Below, in pieces: positions 52,776-64,000 of a stretch of DNA of 64,000 nucleotides. Source of the DNA: Paraspadella gotoi. Its lineage: Eukaryota; Animalia; Chaetognatha. How positions within the stretch are numbered: the stretch's first letter is position 1; each line of letters begins with the position of its first letter. The position numbers were made by a program, and so were the translations under genes. The stretch spans positions 21,887,486 to 21,951,485 of the forward strand of contig CM119267.1 of assembly GCA_051294375.1 (NCBI GenBank), read 5' to 3'. The notes below the pieces were generated by a model. That model was not told where the DNA came from, did not search any database, and was given only the letters and a program-made list of their open reading frames with translations.

Positions 52776-53304
52776 TTAAATGAAAAGCCCGAATTAACTA
52801 CTCCGGTATATGGACAGAGTTCATTCTTTTTTTTCTAAATTTTGTCTCATTTTCTCGGTTTCTCGTCTCCTCTGTCCTCAACAACGTTTCAGATAAAATT
52901 TGTTGACACTTGACAGAAAAGAATTAGCGACAGACAAAGAATAACAACTAAGCTGTGGTCAGTTCAATTTACCTTAATTTTAAAACTGGATTTAAATATT
53001 TCTAATTTTGAATTTTGACAAATTTAAATAATAAAATTTAATTTAAAAATTTTAAAATAAAGCGAAACAATATCACAAAAGTCGCGGGATTTATTTTTAG
53101 AACAAAAATATCGTCATCCTTCCCAGTTTATTCCCTTTTTTAATCCCCTTTCGATCCCAATCGATCCCCCAGTGAATCCCCCAGTGAATCCCCGCTCGTT
53201 TCCCGCCTTTCCCCTCCTCATATTTCCTTTCCTCCAAATCTTTCCCCGGAATTTTCCCTCCAAAAGTTAACAGCGTCATAAAACGCCATGTATTTCATGT
53301 TTCT

Positions 53305-53345
<41 letters not shown>

Positions 53346-53449
53346 CTCGAGATTCTTTTCTTGCCTCAGCCGCTTTATCTCACTCGCTCTAAATCGAAAA
53401 AATGGTTCCCGGTTTCACACTTTAAATGATTTACGGCTTTCGCAGGGAT

Positions 53450-53547
53450 TTTTAGTTGCGTCGCGGAGCTACTCTATAAGTTACTATTAGTTCGGTAGGT
53501 TCGTCAGCCTGTCCTACTTCAAATGCTCATAATTAAGATAATACTGC
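53450..53547 (+). mobile_element. Truncated HINE-like 5' end abutting the breakpoint of the inverted AKR copy
   Basis: TTTTTAGTTGCGTCGCGGAGCTACTCTATAAG followed by degenerate GTCY repeats. Confidence 0.5.
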
Positions 53548-56077
53548 ACTTGGGGATGACGGCGAGGCCGCGGTCGATGGAGAAGCGGAGGAGGATCTGG
53601 AAAGGGGGGTTGAAAAGAGAAGGGGGGTGTGGAAAAATGGTCACTGCTGTCAGTGGTCACTGGTCAGTATTACTAGGATGGTTGAGGATGGATGGCCCAA
53701 AAAATTAGGGGTGATGAAATTTTTATTGAGACGACTCTTTTCTGATCCGCTTTTATCATCGACCGGACCAACTGACCTTACGTCTCCTCGGCGTTATTGC
53801 TTTTGTCCGGTCAATCTAAGGTCATTGCCAAAGCTAGGGCAAAGTGGCCGTGTGATAGACCAGCTCGGAGAAAGTAAGTCGCCTCAGACGTTTTGAGTAA
53901 GACAAAATCGAGAGGGTGTGGACGAATTCTTGTCAAGAAAGTCTTTATAATATTGCTAATAATCGCTAATAAACGAAAGAAAAAAATATAAAATGAGGCA
54001 ATCCAAAATTAAATTAAATATAAGCATTGGATCGATGTAACTGACCGACTAAACTAATCCCACCTGCGCCACCGTCTTTCCGTGTTTCTCCGCCAGGGTC
54101 TTTAACGCCGGATGATCCAAGAGCGAGGGCGCGTCCGGTCGTGGCAGGTCGTTCGAGGGAGAGCCTAGCGGGCTGTAGGCCGTCACGGCGATGTCGAGGG
54201 ATCGACAAAAATCTATGAGTTTCGAGTTGCGAAGTAAGGATGGCTCTCGATCTGTGGGGAAGGGAAGGGATTTAATTAGAATCATTTTAATTAGATTGAA
54301 ATGAACGGAGGAAAATTAGAATAATATTGCTAGTACATGGATAATTGGATATAGGATAAGGCACTGAGAGGTCTGATTGAAACATGTCATGTGGTCGGAA
54401 GTAAATTGTTATGTTTCCGAGTCGTTTGACAATTATTTTTAAACTTTCGGTAAAAGAAGTTCATCAAGTTTGTCCGAGAACCGGTAACTTGTAGTCATAA
54501 GCTGAAGGCTTTACTAAATGAGCCAATGTGTGACGACCAGTAGTAATTTATGACGATTATCAGAGGGGAATTTCCAGGTGGAGCCCCGAGTGTCTTCGGT
54601 CCCATCCGTCTGTCTTTTTGTCCGTCTCAGGCGCTTCCCAAATGCCTCGACCCGCCTGTAGCACCGCCGGCTTGACCCTCCCGTTGTCGACGATCCGCTT
54701 GATCTGTCGACTGTTGAAGTTGGAGAGTCCTATCGATTTGACGAGGCCTTCCGCTTGGAAATCTCCATCGCCGCCCAGGTCTCGAGGAATTCGACGTCGG
54801 ACCCTTGGAGAGTTCCGTCGGGGTTTGAGGGAGGAGCTCGTCGCCTGGAAGAAGATGGAAGGAGGGAGAGAAGATGGAAGGGAAGGGGAAGTGTGGTTCG
54901 AGAATGTTGGGAAAAGTTTTATGTCATTCTATTTTTTGAATTCTTAGAAAAGACATTATTTGGGCTTTTCAAAAATTATTTATAATTTTATTGGATCAAG
55001 ACTCCAAAATTTAATCTTAAAATTTGACGACCAATATGATATGATATATAAAATATAGTAATAAAACGAACAAAAAGGCTGCGATGGGTTATGAAAACCT
55101 TAATCAAGACTCTCACCATCTATTTAAAAACAACTTGATATGAAACTGTTTTCTTGTTTATAAACGAATTATTTTAATGAAACATCACATACAGTTACGA
55201 CCTTAATCAGTTTGAATTACATAAACAGTTTTTGCATTAAAGTAAGAGACTAAAAAAGAGTGTGGTGAGAGAGAAATGGGGAGAGAAATAGAGAGTGAGT
55301 GAGAACATTAGAAACTGTCCAACAAAGAATTATGATATTGAAAACAAAGAAAACATTTTCTCTTAATGCTTATTGCTTATCACATCTAAAACAGATACGA
55401 ACCTTCCTTCAGCCCCATCGGCCAGTGAATGAGATAAAGGTCCAGGTAATCCAGCTTCAAAGACTTGAGACTCTGGGCCAGACATTTTCGTGCTCGGCCC
55501 CTGGAGAGATGAGTCAACCAGAGCTTCGACGTCACGAAAACTTGGTCTCGACGGACGAGGCCTTCGCTGAAGGATTCCCCGAGCGCTTCGCCGATTTCTG
55601 ACTCGTTGCCGTAAATGAAGGCGCAGTCTGCGGTGGAAAGCTAATATTTGTTATAAAAGAAAATTTAAATATTTCGAGGTTCATTTTGTGAACAAATCCT
55701 AAAAAAATTGTCTCAAACAAGAGAATGGAATGGAACGATAGAATGACCCGATTGATCAAACTGACTTGCCTCTCAGTGGATTTTTTTCATTTTTTAAAGC
55801 TCTAACCGTTCGACACTTTGCATTCACACAATTATTACACGAATATTGAGAAAAAAAAAAGGTTTAGTAAAAATTTGTATCTATATTACGTTAAGTATTG
55901 TATAATTATTATACGTTTTATACAATTCCTGCATTATAAGTGATACCTATGTGACGGTATCCAAGGAGAGGGCGTGCTTGATCGCCGATCTTACTTCTCC
56001 GTGAGCGGCGCTCCGGCTCCAGGTTCGAGGCCGAGGACCGGCATGGAGCGGCCCGTGTGGAGCGTAATCACATTCAT
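53548..56077 (-). pseudogene. Inverted, 3'-truncated, frameshifted copy of the AKR gene (exons 56077-55947, 55627-55403, 54844-54656, 54251-54064, partial exon 5 53596-53548); may be an assembly artefact
   Basis: Near-identical reverse complement of 57836-60384, introns included. Exons 1, 3 and 4 are 2, 2 and 1 nt shorter than in the + copy. Homology stops at ...VIPK. Confidence 0.75.
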
Positions 56078-56283
56078 CCTCTCCGTGATGTGTTCGACTG
56101 AAAATTGGATGTGAATTTCTGGGATCGAAAAAAATACAAACCGGGAAGAGATCAAGGGTCACGGAAAAAGACTCGAAGCTGAAAACTCGAAGTTGTTTTA
56201 AAACTGATTCAGTAGATGTCTATCTCTATCTCTCTCTCTCTCTCTCTGTTAATTTCTCTCTTTGTTCGTCTGTTTCGCTCTCT

Positions 56284-56324
<41 letters not shown>

Positions 56325-57652
56325 ATATCTATATCTATATCTATATCTGTAAAATAAAAAAACTTTGCTAAAATATTTTCTTAAAATTAAAAAAGAAATA
56401 TTTGTTGTATCAATTTCATAAAGAAAATGATTAAAAAAAAAGAAGTAATTCAAATTTGTAAAAATCCGATAGCCATGTTAATATTATTAGATAAATTAGC
56501 TTTTTCAAATATTTTTTATTTTAAAGAATTCACATAAACAACTATCAAAACAAATTAAAACATTTTTTATAATTGTTTTAAAAAGTAGTTATTATTAAAT
56601 TGTTTATGTTCTCTTTTGCCTTATATTCAACCTTACCATGACGCATTAATCTCATTTGCATATTCGAGTCACTCGATTTTTATAACTAACTTTTGAACTT
56701 ACTTGACCCACCGGCTGTGTATCTAATTTCCATTAAATATCGTACTGATCATATTTTGAAAGATTTTTGAAAATCTGAATCTAGATTCAGGCACTAGCAT
56801 AAGTAATAGCATGTTCAGTTGTTACCATGTTACCAAGTGGATCATAGAGTAATATCATCAGCTTATGACCAAATGATACCAGGATAGATCTATATGGTAA
56901 CTACACAGCAGGAAGTGAGAGGACAGCTATAAGCAACCATGTTGCCAAGTATTGCTCAAAATGANNNNNNNNNNNNNNNNNNNNNNNNNCTGTCCTCTCA
57001 CTTCCTGCTGTGTAGTTACCATATAGATCTATCCTGGTATCATTTGGTCATAAGCTGATGATATTATCTATGATCCACTTGGTAACATGGTAACAACTGA
57101 ACATGCTATTACTTATGCTAGTGCCTGAATCTAGATTCAGATTTTCAAAAATCTTTCAAAATATGATCAGTACCGCATATTTAATGGAAATTAGATACAC
57201 AGCCGGTGGGTCAAGTAAGTTCAAAAGTTAGTTATAAAAAATCGAGTGACTCGAATATGCAAATGAGATTAATGCGTCATGGTAAGGTTGAATATAAGGC
57301 AAAAGAGAACATAAACAATTTAATAATAACTACTTTTTAAAAACAATTAATAAAAAATGTTTTAATTTGTTTTGTTAGTTGTTTATGTGAATTCTTTAAA
57401 ATAAAAAATATTTAAAAAGCTAATTTATCTAATAATATTAACATGGCTATCGGATTTTTACAAATTTGAATTACTTCTTTTTTTTTAATCATTTTCTTTA
57501 TGAAATTGATACAACAAATATTTCTTTTTTAATTTTAAGAAAATATTTTAGCAAAGTTTTTTTAATTTTTTACAGATATAGATATAGATATAGATATAAA
57601 GAGAGAGAGAGAGAGAGAGAGAGAGCGAAACAGACGAACAAAGAGAGAAATT

Positions 57653-57696
<44 letters not shown>

Positions 57697-57835
57697 CATC
57701 TACTGAATCAGTTTTAAAACAACTTCGAGTTTTCAGCTTCGAGTCTTTTTCCGTGACCCTTGATCTCTTCCCGGTTTGTATTTTTTTCGATCCCAGAAAT
57801 TCACTCCAATTTTCAGTCGAACAATCACGGAGAGG

Positions 57836-57968
57836 ATGAATGTGATTACGCTCCACACGGGCCGCTCCATGCCGGTCCTCGGCCTCGGAACCTGGAGCCG
57901 GAGCGCCGCTCACGGAGAAGTAAGATCGGCGATCAAGCACGCCCTCTCCGTTGGATACCGTCACATAG
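57836..57968 (+). CDS. AKR exon 1 (MNVITLHTGRSMPVLGLGTW...GYRHI)
   Basis: AKR N-terminal GLGTW and GYRHID motifs; GTATCA donor at 57969. Confidence 0.93.
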
Positions 57969-60548
57969 GTATCACTTATAATGCAGGATTGTATAAAACG
58001 TAATATAATTATACAATACTTAACGTAATATAGATACAAATTTTTACTAAACCTTTTTTTTTCTCAATATTCGTGTAATAATTGTGTGAATGCAAAGTGT
58101 CGAACGGTTAGAGCTTTTAAAAAATGAAAAAAATCCACTGAGAGGCAAGTCAGTTTGATCAATCGGGTCATTCTATCGTTCCATTCCATTCTCTTGTTTG
58201 AGACAATTTTTTTAGGATTTGTTCACAAAATGAACCTCGAAATATTTAAATTTTCTTTTATAACAAATATTAGCTTTCCACCGCAGACTGCGCCTTCATT
58301 TACGGCAACGAGTCAGAAATCGGCGAAGCGCTCGGGGAATCCTTCAGCGAAGGCCTCGTCCGTCGAGACCAAGTTTTCGTGACGTCGAAGCTCTGGTTGA
58401 CTCATCTCTCCAGGGGCCGAGCACGAAAATGTCTGGCCCAGAGTCTCAAGTCTTTGAAGCTGGATTACCTGGACCTTTATCTCATTCACTGGCCGATGGG
58501 GCTGAAGGAAGGTTCGTATCTGTTTTAGATGTGATAAGCAATAAGCATTAAGAGAAAATGTTTTCTTTGTTTTCAATATCATAATTCTTTGTTGGACAGT
58601 TTCTAATGTTCTCACTCACTCTCTATCTCTCTCTCCCCATTTCTCTCTCACCACACTCTTTTTTAGTCTCTTACTTTAATGCAAAAACTGTTTATGTAAT
58701 TCAAACTGATTAAGGTCGTAAGCATGTATGTGATGTTTCATTAAAATAATTCGTTTATAAACAAGAAAACAGTTTCATATCAAGTTGTTTTTTAAATAGA
58801 TGGTGAGAGTCTTGATTAAAGGTTTTCATAACCCATCGCAGCCTTTTTGTTCGTTTTATTACTATATTTTATATATCATATCATATTGGTCGTCAAATTT
58901 TAAGATTAAATTTTGGAGTCTTGATCCAATAAAATTATAAAATAATTTTTGAAAAGCCCAAATAATGTCTTTTCTAAGAATTCCAAAAAATAGAATGACA
59001 TAAAACTTTTCCCAACATTCTCGAACCACACCTTCCCCTTCCCCTTCCATCTTCTCTCCCTCCTTCCATCTTCTTCCAGGCGACGAGCTCCTCCCTCAAA
59101 ACCCCGACGGAACTCTCCAAGGGTCCGACGTCGAATTCCTCGAGACCTGGGCGGCGATGGAGGATTTCCAAGCGGAAGGCCTCGTCAAATCGATAGGACT
59201 CTCCAACTTCAACAGTCGACAGATCAAGCGGATCGTCGACAACGGGAGGGTCAAGCCGGCGGTGCTACAGGCGGGTCGAGGCATTTGGGAAGCGCCTGAG
59301 ACGGACAAAAAGACAGACGGATGGGACCGAAGACACTCGGGGCTCCACCTGGAAATTCCCCTCTGATAATCGTCATAAATTACTACTGGTCGTCACACAT
59401 TGGCTCATTTAGTAAAGCCTTCAGCTTATGACTACAAGTTACCGGTTTCTCGGACAAACTTGAACTTCTTTACCGAAAGTTTAAAAATAATTGTCAAACG
59501 ACTCGGAAACATAACAATTTACTTCCGACCACATGACATGTTTCAATCAGACCTCTCAGTGCCTTATCCTATATCCAATTATCCATGTACTACAATATTA
59601 TTCTAATTTTCCTCCGTTCATTTCAATCTAATTAAAATGATTCTAATTAAATCCCTTCCCTTCCCCACAGATCGAGAGCCATCCTTACTTCGCAAACTCG
59701 AAACTCATAGATTTTTGTCGATCCCTCGACATCGCCGTGACGGCCTACAGCCCGCTAGGCTCTCCCTCGAACGACCTGCCACGACCGGACGCGCCCTCGC
59801 TCTTGGATCATCCGGCGTTAAAGACCCTGGCGGAGAAACACGGAAAGACGGTGGCGCAGGTTGGGATTAGTTTAGTCGGTCAGTTACATCGATCCCAATG
59901 CTTATATTTAATTTAATTTGGATTGCCTCATTTAATATTTTTTTCTTTCGTTTATTAGCGATTAATTAGCAATATTATAAAGACTTTCTTGACAAGAAAT
60001 TCCGTCCACACCCCCTCGATTTTGTCTTAACCTCAAAACGTCTGAGGCGACTTACTTTCTCCGAGCTGGTCTATCCACACGGCCACTTTGCCCTAGCTTT
60101 GGCAATGACCTTAGATTGACCGGACAAAGCAATAACGCCGAGGAGACCGTAAGGTCAAGTTGGTCCGGTCGATGATAAAAGCGGATCAGAAGAGAGCTCG
60201 TCTCAATAAAAATTTCATCACCCTAATTTTTTGGCCCATCCATCCTCAACCATCCTAGTAATACTGACCAGTGACCACTGACAGCAGTGACCATTTTTCC
60301 ACACCCCCCCTTCTCTTTTCAACCCCCCTTTCCAGATCCTCCTCCGCTTCTCCATCGACCGCGGCCTCGCCGTCATCCCCAAGTCCTCGTCGACGACTCG
60401 CATCTCCTCCAACTTGGAAGTCTTCGATTTTCGTCTCGACGACGAAGACTTGAAGGCGATCGCCGCGTTGGATCGACCCGATGGAAGGATGTTCGTCGTC
60501 CTCAACCGGGCACACCTTCCCGAGTATCCCTTCAAGGAGGAGTTTTGA
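57836..60548 (+). CDS. Aldo-keto reductase, AKR1 family (aldose/aldehyde reductase-like), 5 coding exons: 57836-57968, 58287-58511, 59080-59270, 59671-59859, 60336-60548; 316 aa
   Basis: Manual splicing gives an uninterrupted 951-nt frame: MNVITLHTGRSMPVLGLGTW...GYRHID CAFIYGNE...FVTSKLW...LDYLDLYLIHWP...GLVKSIGLSNFN...PAVLQ IESHPY...TAYSPLGSP...HGKTVAQ ILLRF...VIPKS...PEYPFKEEF*. The catalytic tetrad D/Y/K/H is present and exon phases (1,1,0,0) are consistent. The subfamily (1A vs 1B) cannot be resolved by eye. Confidence 0.95.
58287..58511 (+). CDS. AKR exon 2 (DCAFIYGNE...TSKLW...LYLIHWPMGLKE)
   Basis: CCGCAG acceptor, GTTCGT donor, 225 nt; carries catalytic Tyr, Lys and His. Confidence 0.95.
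59080..59270 (+). CDS. AKR exon 3 (GDELLP...SIGLSNFN...PAVLQ), followed by a GC donor
   Basis: Polypyrimidine tract plus CAG acceptor; AKR signature GLVKSIGLSNF. Confidence 0.93.
59671..59859 (+). CDS. AKR exon 4 (IESHPY...AYSPLGS...GKTVAQ)
   Basis: CCCCACAG acceptor, GTTGGG donor, 189 nt in frame. Confidence 0.95.
60336..60548 (+). CDS. AKR exon 5 (ILLRF...VIPKS...YPFKEEF*)
   Basis: TTCCAG acceptor; IPKS cofactor-binding motif; TGA stop at 60546-60548. Confidence 0.95.
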   Translation: MLLRFSIDRGLAVIPKSSSTTRISSNLEVFDFRLDDEDLKAIAALDRPDGRMFVVLNRAHLPEYPFKEEF

Positions 60549-60847
60549 GCCCGGGTTGAGGACGTTGGGGGGTGTTAATGGGGAAAAGTTGGAGTGGATG
60601 TGGAATTCGAGTGGAAGTGGAAGTGGAAGGGATTTGAGTTGGAGTGGAATTGTTTAAATCGGAAAGAATGGTCGAATCGATGGAGTGGTCGAGTAGTTTC
60701 GGTCCCAGGATGGATATTTCATTCCCGAGTTTCATAAATTGAGATTAGTTAAAAATGACGCATCGTTTAAGATTCTTTTTATGAAATAAGTTTAATACAG
60801 TAGCACCACGTAGGTATTCGCGATTTGAATCACTCTCGTTCATGGAA

Positions 60848-60853
60848 AATAAA
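60848..60853 (+). promoter_or_regulatory. Candidate polyadenylation signal of the AKR gene
   Basis: AATAAA ~300 nt after the stop codon; position only, no transcript evidence. Confidence 0.35.
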
Positions 60854-61448
60854 ATTTGTAACAAATATAGAACATAGTATAACTTAAAATATTTAAACTA
60901 TGTCTTATCTGTGTCAGTCAGAATTTGTGTGTGTATGTGTTTGTGTGTGTGTGTCCTTTTTCTCCTCTTTCTCCCGCATTGAAGGAACCGACTCGGAGGC
61001 TTTCATGAATATTTCACGATTTCTCTCGGATGCGATATTCATGAAGCATAACATTCACGCTTTTCACGCCGCCGCAGCCGACGCCGCCGAGCCGCCGACC
61101 TAGCTCGCGACATTGTCTAGTGTCTTCTGTGAAAAACAGAAAGAGGGTACGGGAATTCGGGTCGTCTGAAACGATGGTGGGGGAAAAAGAGAATTCGATA
61201 GAAAACTTATTAAAGTTATTACGTTCAATAGTGTTCAATAGTTTTATTGTAATAATCTGTGTGATTACAGTGTGAATATTTTGGAAAAATAAGTGTACCG
61301 ACTTTTGAATGAATGTTAATCATTAATCAATGACACTGATTGTGTAACGAGGTGGAGACGCAATGAAGGGGTTCCCTTTTCCGAGAGATCCCCAATTTTA
61401 ATATTTAATTTAATTATATTATTGAATTTATAAACTAATCCTTTACTT

Positions 61449-63207
61449 AGGGCTGCGCATCGTTCGAATCGAAGTTCCGATCAAGATTCCTTTATATTTC
61501 ACTTCTATTCAAAACTGCATAGTCACGGCCCAAAAAAATTATATCAATATGGGCAGATTCTGAAAGCTTGGCGTCTTGGAAAGCCAACGGAGGTAGAGCG
61601 CGATCGAAATTTCCATTTTATCATGCCCAAAAATGGTATTTAAATTGACTGGTCAGGCCGTTTTTTCCCTTTTCCCAAAAAGCCTGCTAGATATTTTGTA
61701 AAATAGAACAAATCATACATATCAGTACGGTTTCGGATAGCCCTTTGTTTTCTCTACACAATAAAAAAAAGAAAAGTTTAAATTTTTGCCATCTTTAATG
61801 CTTGATAAAGCAATCAAATGAACTGGTTTTTTAGGTGAAAACTGCATAGTCAAGCCTTCATTTTTTTTTTGTTCTAAAACCATCGAAAGAAACTGTATTG
61901 TTTAAACTATCTGTTTCAGGTAGAGCGCGGGGCTAAATTTAGTCTATTTATATTAAATTTCATGCAAATACGAATGAAGTCCGTTTATCGCACGGTAAAG
62001 CCGATTTTAAGCGCAATCCGGGCCGTATTTAAAACTGGTTATAGAGGTTATCTAACGAGGACTTCGATCGAAAAAAAGGATTGATCATGCGCGATCCGGG
62101 CCAGATTAAAACCGCTTTTCAACATGGCTTTACCGTATTTAAACGGAACGAAACGGAACGAAACGGAACTAAACGGAACTAAACGGAACTAAACGGAACG
62201 AAACGGAACGAAACGGAACGAAACGAACGAAACGGAACGAAACGGAAAAACGGAACGAAACGGAACGAAACGGAACGAAACGGAACGAAACGGAACGAAA
62301 CGGAACGAAACGGAACGAAACGGAACGAAACGGAACGAAACGGAACGAAACGGAACGAACGGAACGAAACGGAACGAAACGGAACGAAACGGAACGAAAC
62401 GGAACGAAACGGAAAAAACGACAAAACGGAACGAAACGGAACGAAACGGAACGAAACGAACGGAACGAAAGAAACGAAAGAAACGAAACGAAACGAAACG
62501 AAACGAAACGAAACGGAACGAAAGGCTTTAGCATCATATGTTACCTTAAGGTTTTACCCCGAAATTTGTTTTCTTGATACTGTGGTACAAACAAATGTAA
62601 ACTTTCAAAATAATACTAGATAATTGTAATTTAAATTATTATTTCTTTGCATAACAGTTAGAATTATGTTTGTGCATTTTGTTTTCCAAAGATCAAGTCT
62701 TATCTTTCAATATGTTTTATACAGTAATTTTTTTTAAAATGCCTTCTTTTTTGTTTCGAATTCCCTATGTTTTTTCGGGAAATAGAAAAATAAAAATCTT
62801 ACCAAACACTTCCGGTCTCTATCTTTTGCTCTCTTATCTTTTCTCTTTATATTCTATCATAATTATAGTATTTTTATAACTTATACTCATTAGAATTCTA
62901 TATTTTCCTGCTTTCGATTATTTAATTAATTCTTATGAGGCCCGGATCGCGCCTAATCCGAATCGCCGATCTAAAGCTTAGAACTACGCGTAGTACAAAT
63001 CCTTGTTGGATCAAAATGAGTAAAATTTTAAGCGAAAGTTGATCGGTTTGAAGTGCGATTTTTGCGATCGCTTTTTTGTCATAACTTTTGAACGGATTAT
63101 CCGATTTTGATGAAATTTTGCATGAAGATAATATTCAAAATTTCCTATCGATTGGTGCCCAATTCATTGAAAAATACTTAATGGTTTAGAAACGATGCAC
63201 ATCCCCA
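61449..63207. mobile_element. Non-autonomous hAT-like DNA transposon
   Basis: Imperfect TIRs AGGGCTGCGCATCGTT / AACGATGCACATCCCCA; 8-bp direct repeat CTTTACTT at 61441-61448 and 63208-63215; no transposase ORF. Confidence 0.75.
62141..62523. repeat. 10-bp tandem repeat (AAACGGAACG)n inside the hAT-like element
   Basis: Direct inspection. Confidence 0.97.
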
Positions 63208-64000
63208 CTTTACTTTATTCCTTAACTCTAAATTAATCCTTAACCCTGTCTCTAATCCTTTATTTTTATTTTCTGACCTTAACCCTAAACATAAACTAAA
63301 TACATAATTTTAATCACTAATTTAATCTTTAACCCACTTTTAATCTAATTTATAATTTAAAAAAATAATTTAATTTCGAATTTAAAATCAAATGGGGAGT
63401 TCTGGGAAAATAGGGCCCAATAGGCTCCAAGAAAATATTGATGAAGGTTTAAATGAAGAGAAATTGGAAAGAGTAAATTAGAGGGATGAGGTTGACGGTG
63501 AGAATGAGAATGAAAGGACATAATGGAATCACGTGAAGGATTTTCAAATATCACCAGTTTCCGGGATACGTGTGAGATAATTGCGAGTGAGTGGAGTGAG
63601 TGATCGACGTAATCGATTGTAAAAATGAAAGGTAAATAACATTCATGATAAAGAAAATGTTTATAGAAAATAATTTAAACAGACGATGACGATAACGACG
63701 ACCACTACGACGACGACATCGACATAGCCGGGCAACCGATGATAAAACTCAATAACATCGGCTATGAAAACCTTGTTAGATTTGTTGACGACCGTGAGGA
63801 CGATTTTACGACGACGACGAAGACAGCACGGATGGCGACTTTAGAACTGTGGACTAGGACAGTAACGACGACGACGACGACCGACCGACCCGTCTCTGCG
63901 CGGAGACGTGGAAATAAAGGTTGCGCCTGAGTTCCTCTGTTCTTTTATCGCCCGAGTAGACGAGAGAATCCGCGAGAGTGTCAGTGAATGCGCAGTGGCG

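Larger units (their letters stand above)
53548..60384. repeat. Large inverted repeat: arms 53548-56926 and 56990-60384, with a 25-N gap near the centre
   Basis: Direct reverse-complement match, e.g. 56906 cagcaggaagtgagaggacag vs 56990 ctgtcctctcacttcctgctg; mirrored ORFs in the ORF track. Confidence 0.95.
61377..63410. mobile_element. MITE-like telomere-repeat family copy split by the hAT-like insertion
   Basis: TTTTCCGAGAGATCCCCAATTT / AAATGGGGAGTTCTGGGAAAA ends; the CCCTAA-like interior resumes after 63215. Confidence 0.6.

Overview
Repeat-rich eukaryotic DNA, most likely an invertebrate animal (inferred from spliceosomal introns, a BEL/Pao retroelement and Helentron-type repeats). The assembly is gap-filled and partly noisy: five 25-N gaps are each flanked by near-duplicate, error-rich sequence. 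Two spliced genes can be built by hand. (1) An intact 5-exon, 316-aa AKR1-family aldo-keto reductase (+, 57836-60548) with a GC-AG intron, mirrored by a truncated, frameshifted head-to-head copy that forms a ~6.8 kb palindrome. (2) A 5-exon, ~182-aa secreted protein (-, 48075-49987), largely missed by the ORF track, with three tandem modules of an unusual Cys spacing. The rest is mobile DNA: a decayed, internally deleted BEL/Pao LTR element, a TIR-bounded family with telomere-like interiors that hosts nested insertions, non-autonomous hAT- and Kolobok-like elements, Helentron-associated elements, satellites and microsatellites. There are three candidate self-cleaving RNA motifs: a good type-I hammerhead, and weaker HDV-like and twister-like folds. 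Nearly all ORFs in the supplied track are read-throughs of low-complexity repeats.
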